From Nitrospinota bacterium (GTDB taxonomy: Bacteria; Nitrospinota_A; UBA7883; JACRGQ01), in NCBI GenBank assembly GCA_016217735.1, contig JACRGQ010000065.1:1077-65076 (forward strand): a DNA stretch of 64,000 nucleotides, read 5' to 3'. Every line of letters begins with the position of its first letter. Position 1 is the first letter of the stretch. The notes under the pieces are model-generated. The model made no database searches. It was not told the DNA's origin and worked only from the letters and a program-made list of their open reading frames with translations. A program made the translations under genes and the position numbers. This document shows, piece by piece, positions 45,449 to 53,985 of this stretch.

Positions 45449-46061
45449 AGGTTTTCCGCGCCAGGGATTTCAGGGCGTCGGCGATTTCCGGCCGGTTCCA
45501 ATTGGTCGGCCCCACCAGGTGGTGCAGGATGATGCCGTCCGGACTCACCAAAAAGGTTTCCGGCACGCCGGTGATGTGGAACGGCCCGGCGGCCTGTTGC
45601 TCCACGTCCAGCAGGATCGGGAAGGTCAGCCCCAGCTCTTTTACAAAGGGGGCCACGGCTTTCATGCCGTCCTTGTCGATGCTGATGGCGATCATCTCGA
45701 AGTTTTCCCCCTTCATCTGTTCATAGAGCTTCTGCATGCCCGGCATTTCCTCGCGGCAGGGGGCGCACCATGTGGCCCACAAGTTGATGAAGAGGACTTT
45801 TCCCTTGAAGGAGGCGAGGCTTACTTTTTTTCCATCCATCGCGGTGAAGGTAAGGTTCGGCAGCGGTTTCCCGTCCATCGGGCTTACGGCGGGTTTCTCC
45901 GCCTGTTGCGGCTGGCTGGCGCGCATTTCGGCCAGCGTTTTCAGCGGCGCGCGGTTGAGTTCGTTCACCTTCATCACGATGACGGCCGCGATGCAGACGG
46001 TACACAGCGCGGCGAAGGGGAAGAACGCCGCCGTGCGTTGATCCTTGAAGTCAGTGACCAT
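45420..46061 (-). CDS. TlpA/ResA-like membrane-anchored thiol:disulfide oxidoreductase
   Basis: N-terminal TM segment. Thioredoxin motif LWATWCAPCREEMP. Confidence 0.88.
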   Translation of the reverse strand: MVTDFKDQRTAAFFPFAALCTVCIAAVIVMKVNELNRAPLKTLAEMRASQPQQAEKPAVSPMDGKPLPNLTFTAMDGKKVSLASFKGKVLFINLWATWCAPCREEMPGMQKLYEQMKGENFEMIAISIDKDGMKAVAPFVKELGLTFPILLDVEQQAAGPFHITGVPETFLVSPDGIILHHLVGPTNWNRPEIADALKSLARKTFIAGKNPPK

Positions 46062-46527
46062 CCTGGCCTTGCTCCTTATAATATTTGTCTTGCTCCAGAT
46101 AGTATTTGTCTATCGCCGCCTGAATTTCGGCGGGGGATTTTCCTTCCTTGGTCATTTGGCTTGCCATCTCGGCTTCCTGCATGCAGCTGCCGCAATTGGC
46201 GGCATGGTCGTCCGTATAGCAGGTGAGCAGCGTTTTGTGCAGGAACATCGGGTTCTCCTTGCACTTGCAGTAGCAGTACAGCTGATCGAGCACGCCGGGT
46301 ATCTCGGCGGCGATCCGGTAGGCTTCGGCCGCGCGCCCCTGATACTTGGAGGGGGGCTGCAACGGGCGCGTTTCGATCATGACGTGTTCGCCCGCCGGGG
46401 ATGTTGCCGCCGCGGGTATCGCGGGCGCGGCGGGGGTCTCTTTTTTACCGCCCGAAAAGGCCAAATAGCCGGCCATCGCGAAAAAGGCGGCGACGGCGGT
46501 GATGAATAACAGGCTGTTCTTGTTCAT
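46051..46527 (-). CDS. CYCXC-motif membrane-anchored protein
   Basis: Start at MNKNSLLF. TM anchor. DQLYCYCKCKENPMFLHKTLLTCYTDDHAANCGSCMQEA. 11-nt overlap with the downstream TlpA gene. Confidence 0.65.
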   Translation of the reverse strand: MNKNSLLFITAVAAFFAMAGYLAFSGGKKETPAAPAIPAAATSPAGEHVMIETRPLQPPSKYQGRAAEAYRIAAEIPGVLDQLYCYCKCKENPMFLHKTLLTCYTDDHAANCGSCMQEAEMASQMTKEGKSPAEIQAAIDKYYLEQDKYYKEQGQDGH

Positions 46528-46546
46528 GGCTTGTTCCTTCGCCCCA

Positions 46547-46612
46547 GTCATCCTGAGCCGTGGGCGAAGGATCTCATTCCGGAAAGAGATTCTTCGCTAC
46601 GCTCAGAATGAC
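46547..46612. repeat. GTCATYCTGAG-family palindromic element (single unit)
   Basis: GTCATCCTGAGCCGTGGGCGAAGGATCTCATTCCGGAAAGAGATTCTTCGCTACGCTCAGAATGAC. Confidence 0.8.
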
Positions 46613-46754
46613 ATGCATTATTAGTTGTTCAACGCTTTGTTAAGTTTTCAGTTTAGCAGGAAATGCCCGCAAAAGGGTAGGGCAAAGCTCCGTTTTCGCC
46701 GCCGTGCAAGCCGAAATGGTGGCGTTGACCGCCCGCAGGCATTACAATTGGCGC

Positions 46755-48734
46755 ATGGGAAAAGCAAACATACTGATAGTGGACGACGAGGCGAACATTC
46801 TCGATTCGCTCCGCGGCATCCTGACCGACGAGGGGTATGACGTCAGCACCGCCGAGGACGGCGACGGCGCGCTTAAGATGCTGCAGGAACAGAAGTGCGA
46901 TCTGGGGCTGCTGGACATCTGGCTGCCGGGCCGCCGCGACGGGTTGCAGACGCTGCGCGAGATACGCCGCCGCAACATCGGCGCGGCGGTGGTGATGATC
47001 TCCGGCCACGGCAGCATCGATACCGCGGTGCGCGCCACCAAGCTGGGGGCGTACGATTTCATCGAAAAGCCGCTTTCGCTTTCCGCCCTTCTGGAGAAGA
47101 TAGAAGGGGCGTTGCGCCACGCGCGCGCCCGCGCCGGGGAAGAAACCGGCATGGCCGACACGTTTGAATACATCGCCGGCTGTCCCGCCATGCTGGAGGT
47201 GCGGCGGCAAACCGCCGCCGCGGCCCTCAGCGCCGCCCCGGCGCTCATCGTGGGCGAGACGGGGAGCGGCAAGGAATACACCGCCCGTTATATCCACGCG
47301 CAAAGCGCGCGGCGCGGCGAGCCGTTTGTGAAGGTTTCCTGCCGCCTGCTCACCGCCGCGTCGTTCGACCGGCTTTTCGGCCCGGCCCATGAAGACCCGG
47401 CCGCCCCCGGTTCGCATTTCGCCGGTATCAGCGGCACCGTGTTCCTGGAAAATCCCCACCTGCTCGACGCCGGTTTGCAGGGGCGGCTTGCCGTCCTTGC
47501 GGCCGCGGGGGCCGCGCGGGGCGTCGGCTTCATCGCCGCCATCACCCGCAGGCCGGACGGCGACGCGCCCAAAATGGCCGATGCGCCGCGGGCGCTTTTC
47601 GCCGGCGCGGTTATTTCGTTGCCGCCGCTGCGCCAGCGCGGGGAGGATATCGCGGCGTTCATCGCGCATTTTATGCACGACGCCTCGGAGGACTTCGGCA
47701 AGGCCGGCATCCGCCTTTCCAAAAACGGCATGGCCCGGATGCTGGCGTACCCGTGGCCCGGCAACGTGAAAGAGCTGCGCACCGTGGTGGAAAACATGGT
47801 GATGGCCGCCGCCGGCGATCTGCTGGAGCCGGAAGACATTCCGTTTCCCTCCGACGCCCCCCTCCCCGCCGCGGTGGATGGCGGCAAAGGGCGTCCCACG
47901 CAGAAGACGCTGGGCAAAAGCGTGGCGCTGTGCGGCATGGGGCTGCACTCCGGCATCAAGACCGGCGTCATTATTTCGCCGTTGCCGCCCGGCAGCGGCA
48001 TCATTTTCGGCGACATCTCCACCGGGCGGCAGGTGCGCGCCAACATCGATTTCGTGGAATCGACCGAATACGCCACCACCCTCAAGTTCGGCAACGTGGC
48101 GGTGCGCACCATCGAGCACCTCATGGCCACGCTCCACATATACGGCGTCACCAACGCGCTGCTGAAGGTGGGCGACGAGGTGCCGATAATGGACGGCTCG
48201 GCCACGGAGCTGTGCGACCTCGTGGAAAGCGCCGGCATCGTGGATCAAAAGGAGCCGGTGGAACCGATCATGGTGAAGGAAACGATCCTCATCGGCGAAC
48301 ACGACCCCGATAAAAAATTCATCCTGGTGGAGCCCGCGGACAAGCTGACGGTGGAATACCGCCTCAACTATCCGCTGCCCATCGGACGTCAAACGGCGCG
48401 GTACGACGGCGGCGGCATCGCCAGCTTCAAGGCGGAGATCGCGCCGGCCCGCACCTTCGGCTTTGTGGATGTCATGAAGAAACTGTCCGGCAAGAAGGGT
48501 TTCGCCGAGGGGGGGCGGTTCAACAACTTCATCCTGCTGGATCACGAAAAAGTGATCAACACCACCCTGCGGTTCGAGAACGAGTTCTCGCGCCACAAGG
48601 TGCTCGACCTGCTGGGGGACATCTTTTTGGCGGGACGGCCGATACTGGCGAAGATCACCGCCAATATGACCGGCCACACCGAAAACATAGCGATGGTGCG
48701 GAAACTCCGGGCGTTGGCGGGGCAGGGGGGCTGA
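46755..48734 (+). CDS. lpxC: Fusion protein: response-regulator receiver + degenerate sigma54-type AAA+ module + UDP-3-O-acyl-GlcNAc deacetylase (LpxC) domain
   Basis: REC: ILIVDDE, LLDIWLPG, FIEKPL. AAA+: GETGSGKE, LPPLRQRGEDI, YPWPGNVKEL, but GAFTGA is absent and Walker B reads VFLEN. LpxC from ~47898: LCGMGLHSG, TIEHLMA, PIMDGSA, RHKVLDLLGD, TGHTEN. Single frame with no stop. Confidence 0.8.
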   Translation: MGKANILIVDDEANILDSLRGILTDEGYDVSTAEDGDGALKMLQEQKCDLGLLDIWLPGRRDGLQTLREIRRRNIGAAVVMISGHGSIDTAVRATKLGAYDFIEKPLSLSALLEKIEGALRHARARAGEETGMADTFEYIAGCPAMLEVRRQTAAAALSAAPALIVGETGSGKEYTARYIHAQSARRGEPFVKVSCRLLTAASFDRLFGPAHEDPAAPGSHFAGISGTVFLENPHLLDAGLQGRLAVLAAAGAARGVGFIAAITRRPDGDAPKMADAPRALFAGAVISLPPLRQRGEDIAAFIAHFMHDASEDFGKAGIRLSKNGMARMLAYPWPGNVKELRTVVENMVMAAAGDLLEPEDIPFPSDAPLPAAVDGGKGRPTQKTLGKSVALCGMGLHSGIKTGVIISPLPPGSGIIFGDISTGRQVRANIDFVESTEYATTLKFGNVAVRTIEHLMATLHIYGVTNALLKVGDEVPIMDGSATELCDLVESAGIVDQKEPVEPIMVKETILIGEHDPDKKFILVEPADKLTVEYRLNYPLPIGRQTARYDGGGIASFKAEIAPARTFGFVDVMKKLSGKKGFAEGGRFNNFILLDHEKVINTTLRFENEFSRHKVLDLLGDIFLAGRPILAKITANMTGHTENIAMVRKLRALAGQGG

Positions 48735-48737
48735 CCG

Positions 48738-49361
48738 GTGCTTTCGCATACATACGCCGTCTGGGCGTCGGGCCGGGGGAGCAATTTCAAGGCGATGCTC
48801 GACGCCCGCCGCGACGGGCGCCTGCCGTACAAACCGGCGCTGCTGCTCACCGATAACGCCGCGGCCCCCGCGCTGGATCACGCCCGCGCGGCGGGGGTGG
48901 AAACGCTCTTCATCGATCCCAAGGTTTACAAGGGGCGCAAGCTGTTCGGTGAAAAGGCGATAGCGGAACTTGCCGCGCGCGGCATCGATACCATCGTGCT
49001 GGCCGGTTTCATGCGGATCGTCGACGGCGGGGTGGTGCGCGCTTTTCCCAACCGGATCATCAACATCCATCCGGCGCTGTTGCCGCTCTTTCCGGGACTC
49101 GACGCGCAGCAACAGGCCATCGCGGCGGGCGTGAAGGAATCCGGCTGCACCGTCCACTTCGTCGATGAAGGGGTGGATACCGGCCCCATCATCATGCAGG
49201 CGAAGGTGCCGGTGCTTCCCGCCGACACCGCCGACACGCTCTCGGCCCGGATACTGGTGGAAGAGCACCGCATCTACCCCCTCGCGGTGCGGGCGTTGAT
49301 GGAAGACCGCATCGCGCTGGCGGATGGCCGGGGGATCATTTTGGATTCCCCCCATCCGTAG
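48738..49361 (+). CDS. purN: Phosphoribosylglycinamide formyltransferase
   Basis: ASGRGSNF, VLAGFMRI, IINIHPALLP, TVHFVDEGVDTGPII. GTG start. Confidence 0.9.
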   Translation: MLSHTYAVWASGRGSNFKAMLDARRDGRLPYKPALLLTDNAAAPALDHARAAGVETLFIDPKVYKGRKLFGEKAIAELAARGIDTIVLAGFMRIVDGGVVRAFPNRIINIHPALLPLFPGLDAQQQAIAAGVKESGCTVHFVDEGVDTGPIIMQAKVPVLPADTADTLSARILVEEHRIYPLAVRALMEDRIALADGRGIILDSPHP

Positions 49362-49367
49362 GTTTTT

Positions 49368-49784
49368 ATGAAACTGTACATGGCAAGCGCCTGCTTGGCG
49401 GGTGCCGCCTGCCGCTATAACGGTGAAGCAAAAACCGACGAAACCGTCCGCGCGATGTTCGAGCACGGGGAAGTGGCGCCGTTTTGCCCCGAACTGTTGG
49501 GCGGGATGGAAATCCCCCGCCCGGCGATGGTGTTGAGCGGCGGCGACGGAGGCGCGGTGCTGGACGGCACGGCGCGCGTGCTGACGCGGGATGGCGGCGT
49601 GGACCGCACCGGCGCTATGCTGGAAGGGGCGCGGCGTGGCCTCGCCATCGCCCTTGCGGTGCGCCCCGAAAAAATATTTTTAAAGGCGCGCAGCCCGTCG
49701 TGCGGATGCGGGGCGGGGGACGCGGAAGGAGTGGCCGCCGCCCTGTTGCGGCGCGGGGGATTTATGCTGGAATCGATTGAGTGA
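49368..49784 (+). CDS. DUF523 (YbbK/TudS-like) protein
   Basis: SACLAGAACRYNG and FCPELLGG cysteine motifs, SPSCG near the C-terminus. 138 aa. Confidence 0.7.
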   Translation: MKLYMASACLAGAACRYNGEAKTDETVRAMFEHGEVAPFCPELLGGMEIPRPAMVLSGGDGGAVLDGTARVLTRDGGVDRTGAMLEGARRGLAIALAVRPEKIFLKARSPSCGCGAGDAEGVAAALLRRGGFMLESIE

Positions 49785-49860
49785 TTCCCTTGATTTCAAA
49801 TAATGCCTTATATCCATCCCGGTATGGTTTTCACCCATTGGGCGATTTGGCGTGCGGTTT

Positions 49861-49954
49861 GGTACCGCAGGTTTTAACCTGCGGTTGCCCCGAAGGGGCA
49901 AGCCTTCCGTGCTTGACGCTATCGCGTCAACAACAGGTTGAAACCTGTTGTACC
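49861..49954 (+). repeat. GGTACC-bounded multi-hairpin element, copy 2
   Basis: CCGCAGGT-TTTA-ACCTGCGG (compensatory relative to copy 1); TTGCCCC-GAA-GGGGCAA; TTGACGC-TATC-GCGTCAA; CAACAGGT-TGAA-ACCTGTTG. Confidence 0.75.
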
Positions 49955-49992
49955 GATTTTTCCGGCCACTCCATGTTTTACGGCTGCGCGAT

Positions 49993-50640
49993 ATGATCCC
50001 CCTTTACGACAATAATCCCACCCGCCGCTTTCCCGTCGTCACCGTCCTGCTCATTGCCGCCAATGTGGCGGTTTTCCTCTATATTGCGTTTTCCGCCGCG
50101 CCGTTCCAGCAATTCGTCGTCCGCTATGGCGCGGTGCCGGCGTTCATCGTGCAGTCCGGCGCGCCCGCGCACGGCCCGTTGCCGCCGGGTGCGACGGTCT
50201 TCACCGCGATGTTCATGCACGCCGGATTTTTCCACCTGGCGGGCAACATGCTTTTCCTCTGGATTTTCGGCAACAACGTGGAGGACATCCAGGGGCGCGG
50301 CGTGTTTGTGCTGTTCTACCTCCTGTGCGGCGTGGCGGCGGCGGTCACGCACATCTATTCCGATCCGTTTTCCGCGGTGCCGATGGTGGGGGCCAGCGGC
50401 GCGGTATCGGGGGTGCTGGCCGCCTACCTCCTCGCCTTTCCCCGCGCGCGCGTGTACACTCTTTTCTGGTTTATCATTTTTGTGCGGGTTATTCCGGTGC
50501 CCGCCGTGCTCTTCATCGGCTTTTGGTTTTTGATGCAGATGCTCAACGCGGGAAGCGGCGGATCGGTGGCCTGGGGCGCGCATATCGGCGGCTTTGTGGC
50601 CGGCCTTGTCCTTGCCCCCGTTTTCAGAAGGAGATACTGA
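49993..50640 (+). CDS. Rhomboid-family intramembrane serine protease
   Basis: HAGFFHLAGNMLFLWIFG, catalytic GASGAVSGVLAAY, AHIGGFVAG. Confidence 0.9.
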   Translation: MIPLYDNNPTRRFPVVTVLLIAANVAVFLYIAFSAAPFQQFVVRYGAVPAFIVQSGAPAHGPLPPGATVFTAMFMHAGFFHLAGNMLFLWIFGNNVEDIQGRGVFVLFYLLCGVAAAVTHIYSDPFSAVPMVGASGAVSGVLAAYLLAFPRARVYTLFWFIIFVRVIPVPAVLFIGFWFLMQMLNAGSGGSVAWGAHIGGFVAGLVLAPVFRRRY

Positions 50641-51314
50641 TGCGCCGATTGTTATTGTTGGCGGCGGTGATTGCCGTGGCGCTGTGCGGCGAGGCGCGGG
50701 CGCAGGACGCCGTATCGGCGGCGGACGCGGCGCTCATCGACAAGGTGGAGGCCCGTTTCGCCGAAGTGGCGGCCTTGCGGGCCGGATTCGAGCAGAAGAT
50801 TTTCGACGCCGCCACCGGCCAGACGCTCGCCTCGCGCGGCACGGTGTTGCTGAAAAAACCGCTCCGGATGCTGTGGGAATACAAGGAGCCGGAAGCCCAA
50901 ACCATCATCGCGGACGGCAAGAAACTCTACTTCCACGTACCGGCCGACCGGCAGGTGACCGTCCAGCCGCTGGCAAATGTGCTCAACAGCCGGAGTCCGG
51001 CCCTCTTTTTGGTCGGGGGGGGGCGGCTGCGGGAAATTTTTCGGATAACGGTTGTGCCGCGCCCCAATGATAGTAAAATACCCGGTGCCTCGCTTTTGCT
51101 GGAGCCGAAGGAGAAGTCGCTGACCGTCACCCGGATCACCGTCCGGGTCAGCGCGGAAGACTATACGATAACCTCCTTCACGCTCCACGATTGGACGGGG
51201 AACCGGAGCGAAGTGGCGTTCACCGATATGACGGTGAACGGCCCCGTCGCGGACAAGGCTTTTTCCTTCACGCCCCCGAAAGGGACGGAAGTGATCGAAG
51301 TCCCGAAATACTGA
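50640..51314 (+). CDS. lolA: Outer-membrane lipoprotein carrier protein LolA
   Basis: Signal peptide. FEQKIFDA...GTVLLKKPLRMLWEY..IIADGKKLYFHVP pattern. 1-nt overlap with the rhomboid stop. Confidence 0.8.
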   Translation: MRRLLLLAAVIAVALCGEARAQDAVSAADAALIDKVEARFAEVAALRAGFEQKIFDAATGQTLASRGTVLLKKPLRMLWEYKEPEAQTIIADGKKLYFHVPADRQVTVQPLANVLNSRSPALFLVGGGRLREIFRITVVPRPNDSKIPGASLLLEPKEKSLTVTRITVRVSAEDYTITSFTLHDWTGNRSEVAFTDMTVNGPVADKAFSFTPPKGTEVIEVPKY

Positions 51315-51336
51315 CAGCAATGGAGAAAAGCCGCTA

Positions 51337-52428
51337 ATGGTAATGTCGATGGTGTCTTATGTTTTTTCGGCCCTCGTGGTGCTGGGGGTTCTTATCATCG
51401 TTCACGAGTTGGGCCATTTCCTGATGGCCCGCTGGATGGGGGTGGGGGTGGAGAAGTTCTCCATCGGCTTCGGCCCGGAGATATGGAGCAGGCAATCGGG
51501 CGAGACCCTCTACCGCCTCGCCGCCGCGCCGTTCGGCGGCTATGTGAAGATGACCGGCGACGAGGAAGGCGAGCCGGAGGAGGGCGCGCCGCCCGTCGAC
51601 CCGGCGAAGGCGTTCAACAAAAAGCCGGTCTGGCGGCGGCTGCTGATCGTTTCGGCCGGCCCGGTGTTCAACCTGATATTCGCCGCGCTGATTTTCGCCG
51701 TGGTCTACATGGCCGGCATCAATGTGCCGGATACCGTGATCAAGAGCGTGATGAGCGATTCCGCCGCGCATGCCGCGGGCCTGATGGCGGACGACCGGAT
51801 AGTAAGCATCGACGGGGTCAAGATTGAAAACTGGAGCCAATTGGCCGATACCATCGCCGCCTCGCCCGGCAAGGAGCTGGCCGTCGCCGTCGACCGCCCC
51901 GGCAAGGGGGAGATGGTGATCCACGTCATCCCGGTGCCGGACAAAGCCAAGACCATCTTCGGCGAGGAGGTGTCGGTGGGGCGCGTGGGTATTGTGCCGA
52001 CCGAGATATTCAAGCGCTACAACCCCTTCGAGGCCGTGCGGATGGGAACGATGAAAATGGTGGAGGTCTCGAAGCTCACCCTCATGGTGATCGTGAAGAT
52101 ATTCCAGAAGGTGGTGCCGGCCGATACCATCGGCGGCCCGCTGATGATCTTCAAGATAGCGGGCGATCAGGCGCGGGCCGGCATCATGCCGCTGATAATG
52201 TTCATGGGGGTGCTCTCGGTGAATCTGGGGATACTCAACTTCCTGCCGATACCGGTGCTGGACGGCGGACACATCGTGTTTTTTATCATCGAGGCGATAA
52301 AGGGGAGTCCCGTATCGCTGCGCGGGCGGGAGATTTCCCAGCAGGTGGGCATCTTCCTGCTGATATCGCTGATGGCCTTCGCGTTCTATAACGACATCAG
52401 CCGCTTCATCGCCCACATGGCCAAGTAA
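51337..52428 (+). CDS. rseP: RIP zinc metalloprotease RseP (site-2 protease)
   Basis: HELGHFLMA HExxH, a PDZ segment, NLGILNFLPIPVLDGGH motif. Confidence 0.93.
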   Translation: MVMSMVSYVFSALVVLGVLIIVHELGHFLMARWMGVGVEKFSIGFGPEIWSRQSGETLYRLAAAPFGGYVKMTGDEEGEPEEGAPPVDPAKAFNKKPVWRRLLIVSAGPVFNLIFAALIFAVVYMAGINVPDTVIKSVMSDSAAHAAGLMADDRIVSIDGVKIENWSQLADTIAASPGKELAVAVDRPGKGEMVIHVIPVPDKAKTIFGEEVSVGRVGIVPTEIFKRYNPFEAVRMGTMKMVEVSKLTLMVIVKIFQKVVPADTIGGPLMIFKIAGDQARAGIMPLIMFMGVLSVNLGILNFLPIPVLDGGHIVFFIIEAIKGSPVSLRGREISQQVGIFLLISLMAFAFYNDISRFIAHMAK

Positions 52429-52492
52429 GCCGCTTTCTTTTAAGGGCGGGGTACATGCCCTCCAGCATGTACCTCCTAATTTCCCGCGCCTT

Positions 52493-52720
52493 CTATATTT
52501 TCGTGATCTTTACCTTCCACAGGTCGGGACCCTGCTGTTGATATTCCCAGGCGATCTGCCCCGGTTTTTCGTGCGTAAACTGGTAATACAGCGGCTTCGG
52601 GTCATGGTCGTTCACCAGTATGAAAGACTCCCCTTTTTTCAGGCCGTCGAACGTCTTGAAGATAAGCGGGTGCCGTTCCCTCGGCGCGATTTCCGTCACA
52701 TTCAGCTCGTTCATAATCAC
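52493..52720 (-). CDS. DUF2249-domain protein
   Basis: 75 aa. RHPLIFKTFDGLKKGESFILVNDHDPKPLYYQF is typical of DUF2249. Immediately downstream of nirK. Confidence 0.7.
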   Translation of the reverse strand: MIMNELNVTEIAPRERHPLIFKTFDGLKKGESFILVNDHDPKPLYYQFTHEKPGQIAWEYQQQGPDLWKVKITKI

Positions 52721-52781
52721 GTCTCCTTAACAATGCAATGGGGGGAGGGAACGGGAACCGTTGCGCTCCCCCCATGCCAAT

Positions 52782-53741
52782 TTAGCGCGGAAGGATATTA
52801 TCCCCCTTGCCCATTTTGGGATCCGCTTCGGGCGAATTGGTCATGATGGTTATTGCGCCGTGGTGGGCGGCTTTCATGGTGTGGTCGACGTAGGCATGGT
52901 GCGTGGTGCGGTCGGCCGGGGAATAAATGTCAAAGGTGTCCGCCTCCGACACCGCCACGTTGTAGGTCTGCATCCCGTAGATCACGTTTTTCGGGTTGCC
53001 GTTGGGGTACACGCGCGCCCATATGTTGCCGATCGGGTGGAAGGCCACCGGCTCGTTGACATTGGCGTTGACAAAAAATATGCGGACCAGCTCGCCCGGC
53101 TTCGATTCCAGGGTCTTTGCGGAGCCGACGCCGTGGAGCGGGTCATAATGGAATATTTTGCCGTTGATAAGCGAGTTGGTGCTTCCGATGTTTTCCACGA
53201 TGGCCATGGCGTCGCCGGATTTCGGGAAGTATTGCGACTGAACCAACACGTATTCGCGGTCGGGCTTCGGGTAGTTTTTTGTATACCCCTCTTTGGGATC
53301 CACGATGATTATCCCGAACATGCCCTTGGCGATGTGCTGGGCCATGTTGTCCGCGCCGCAGTGGTACATGAAGACGCCCGGATACTGGGCGACGAACTTG
53401 TAGTCTTTCTTTGAGCCGGGTTTCACCGCCTCGAATTCGCTCAGCACATCGACTATCGCCGCATGGAAGTCCATGGAGTGGCTGTTGCCGTTGCCTTGGT
53501 CGTTAATAAGGGTGAAGTCGACCGTATCCCCTTCGGTCACCCGCACCACCGGGCCGGGCATTGTCCCCCCAAAAGTCCAAGCGGGGAATTTTGTTCCTTT
53601 GTTGTCGATCTCGACGTCATGTTCGATGGCGTGAATATCCACCTTCACGGTTTTCGCCATGGCCGGATTGGCGGCGATAAAAACGGCCGTAATGAGAAGG
53701 AGCAGGATTTTATTCGTGGTTGTCATCACAGTTCTTTGCAT
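52782..53741 (-). CDS. nirK: Copper-containing nitrite reductase (NirK-type two-cupredoxin protein)
   Basis: Signal peptide. Cu ligand contexts HSMDFHAA, FMYHCGADNMAQHIAKGMFG, AFHPIGN, YVDH. AGGAGG SD. Confidence 0.82.
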   Translation of the reverse strand: MQRTVMTTTNKILLLLITAVFIAANPAMAKTVKVDIHAIEHDVEIDNKGTKFPAWTFGGTMPGPVVRVTEGDTVDFTLINDQGNGNSHSMDFHAAIVDVLSEFEAVKPGSKKDYKFVAQYPGVFMYHCGADNMAQHIAKGMFGIIIVDPKEGYTKNYPKPDREYVLVQSQYFPKSGDAMAIVENIGSTNSLINGKIFHYDPLHGVGSAKTLESKPGELVRIFFVNANVNEPVAFHPIGNIWARVYPNGNPKNVIYGMQTYNVAVSEADTFDIYSPADRTTHHAYVDHTMKAAHHGAITIMTNSPEADPKMGKGDNILPR

Positions 53742-53862
53742 GGTACCTCCTAAATTGTTTGTCGATTATGTTTCACGCCGCTTTGTATGGCAGTAGTAAG
53801 GTCAAGAAATATGCCGAAACGGCAATGTGTTGATTTTCCACGCAGACGCGCGGCATGTGCCG

Positions 53863-53936
53863 GTGTTTCGTGCCTGTGTGAAACATCGGCGGTGTTTCAT
53901 GAAACGTTCAGTGAAACCATTTGTTTCGCGGTGAAC
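53863..53936. promoter_or_regulatory. Array of GTTTC(A/G) / (T/G)GAAAC inverted repeats, a candidate enhancer/operator upstream of nirK
   Basis: GTGTTTCG-N7-GTGAAACA (53863-53885), the perfect palindrome GTTTCATGAAAC (53894-53905), GTGAAAC (53911), GTTTCG..GTGAAC (53923-53936), plus GTTTCAC at 53770. Confidence 0.45.
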
Positions 53937-53985
53937 GGGGAAGCGCGGAGTGGGGCGGATATGAAAGGGGTAATCGGGGATGGTG

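Noticed and set aside
46051-46527. Selenocysteine recoding in the CYCXC-family gene
   Set aside because: All motif positions are encoded by TGC/TGT. There is no in-frame TGA and no obvious SECIS-like hairpin.
46653-49466. 937-aa ORF on the minus strand
   Set aside because: Antisense shadow of the REC-LpxC fusion and purN. Low-complexity Arg/Gly/His composition with no motifs.
53801-53816. cGGCATatttcTTGAc as the sigma54 promoter of nirK
   Set aside because: The spacing and the -24 GG are right, but the -12 element reads GA instead of the near-invariant GC. It is kept only as a weak candidate inside the nirK finding, not as a feature.
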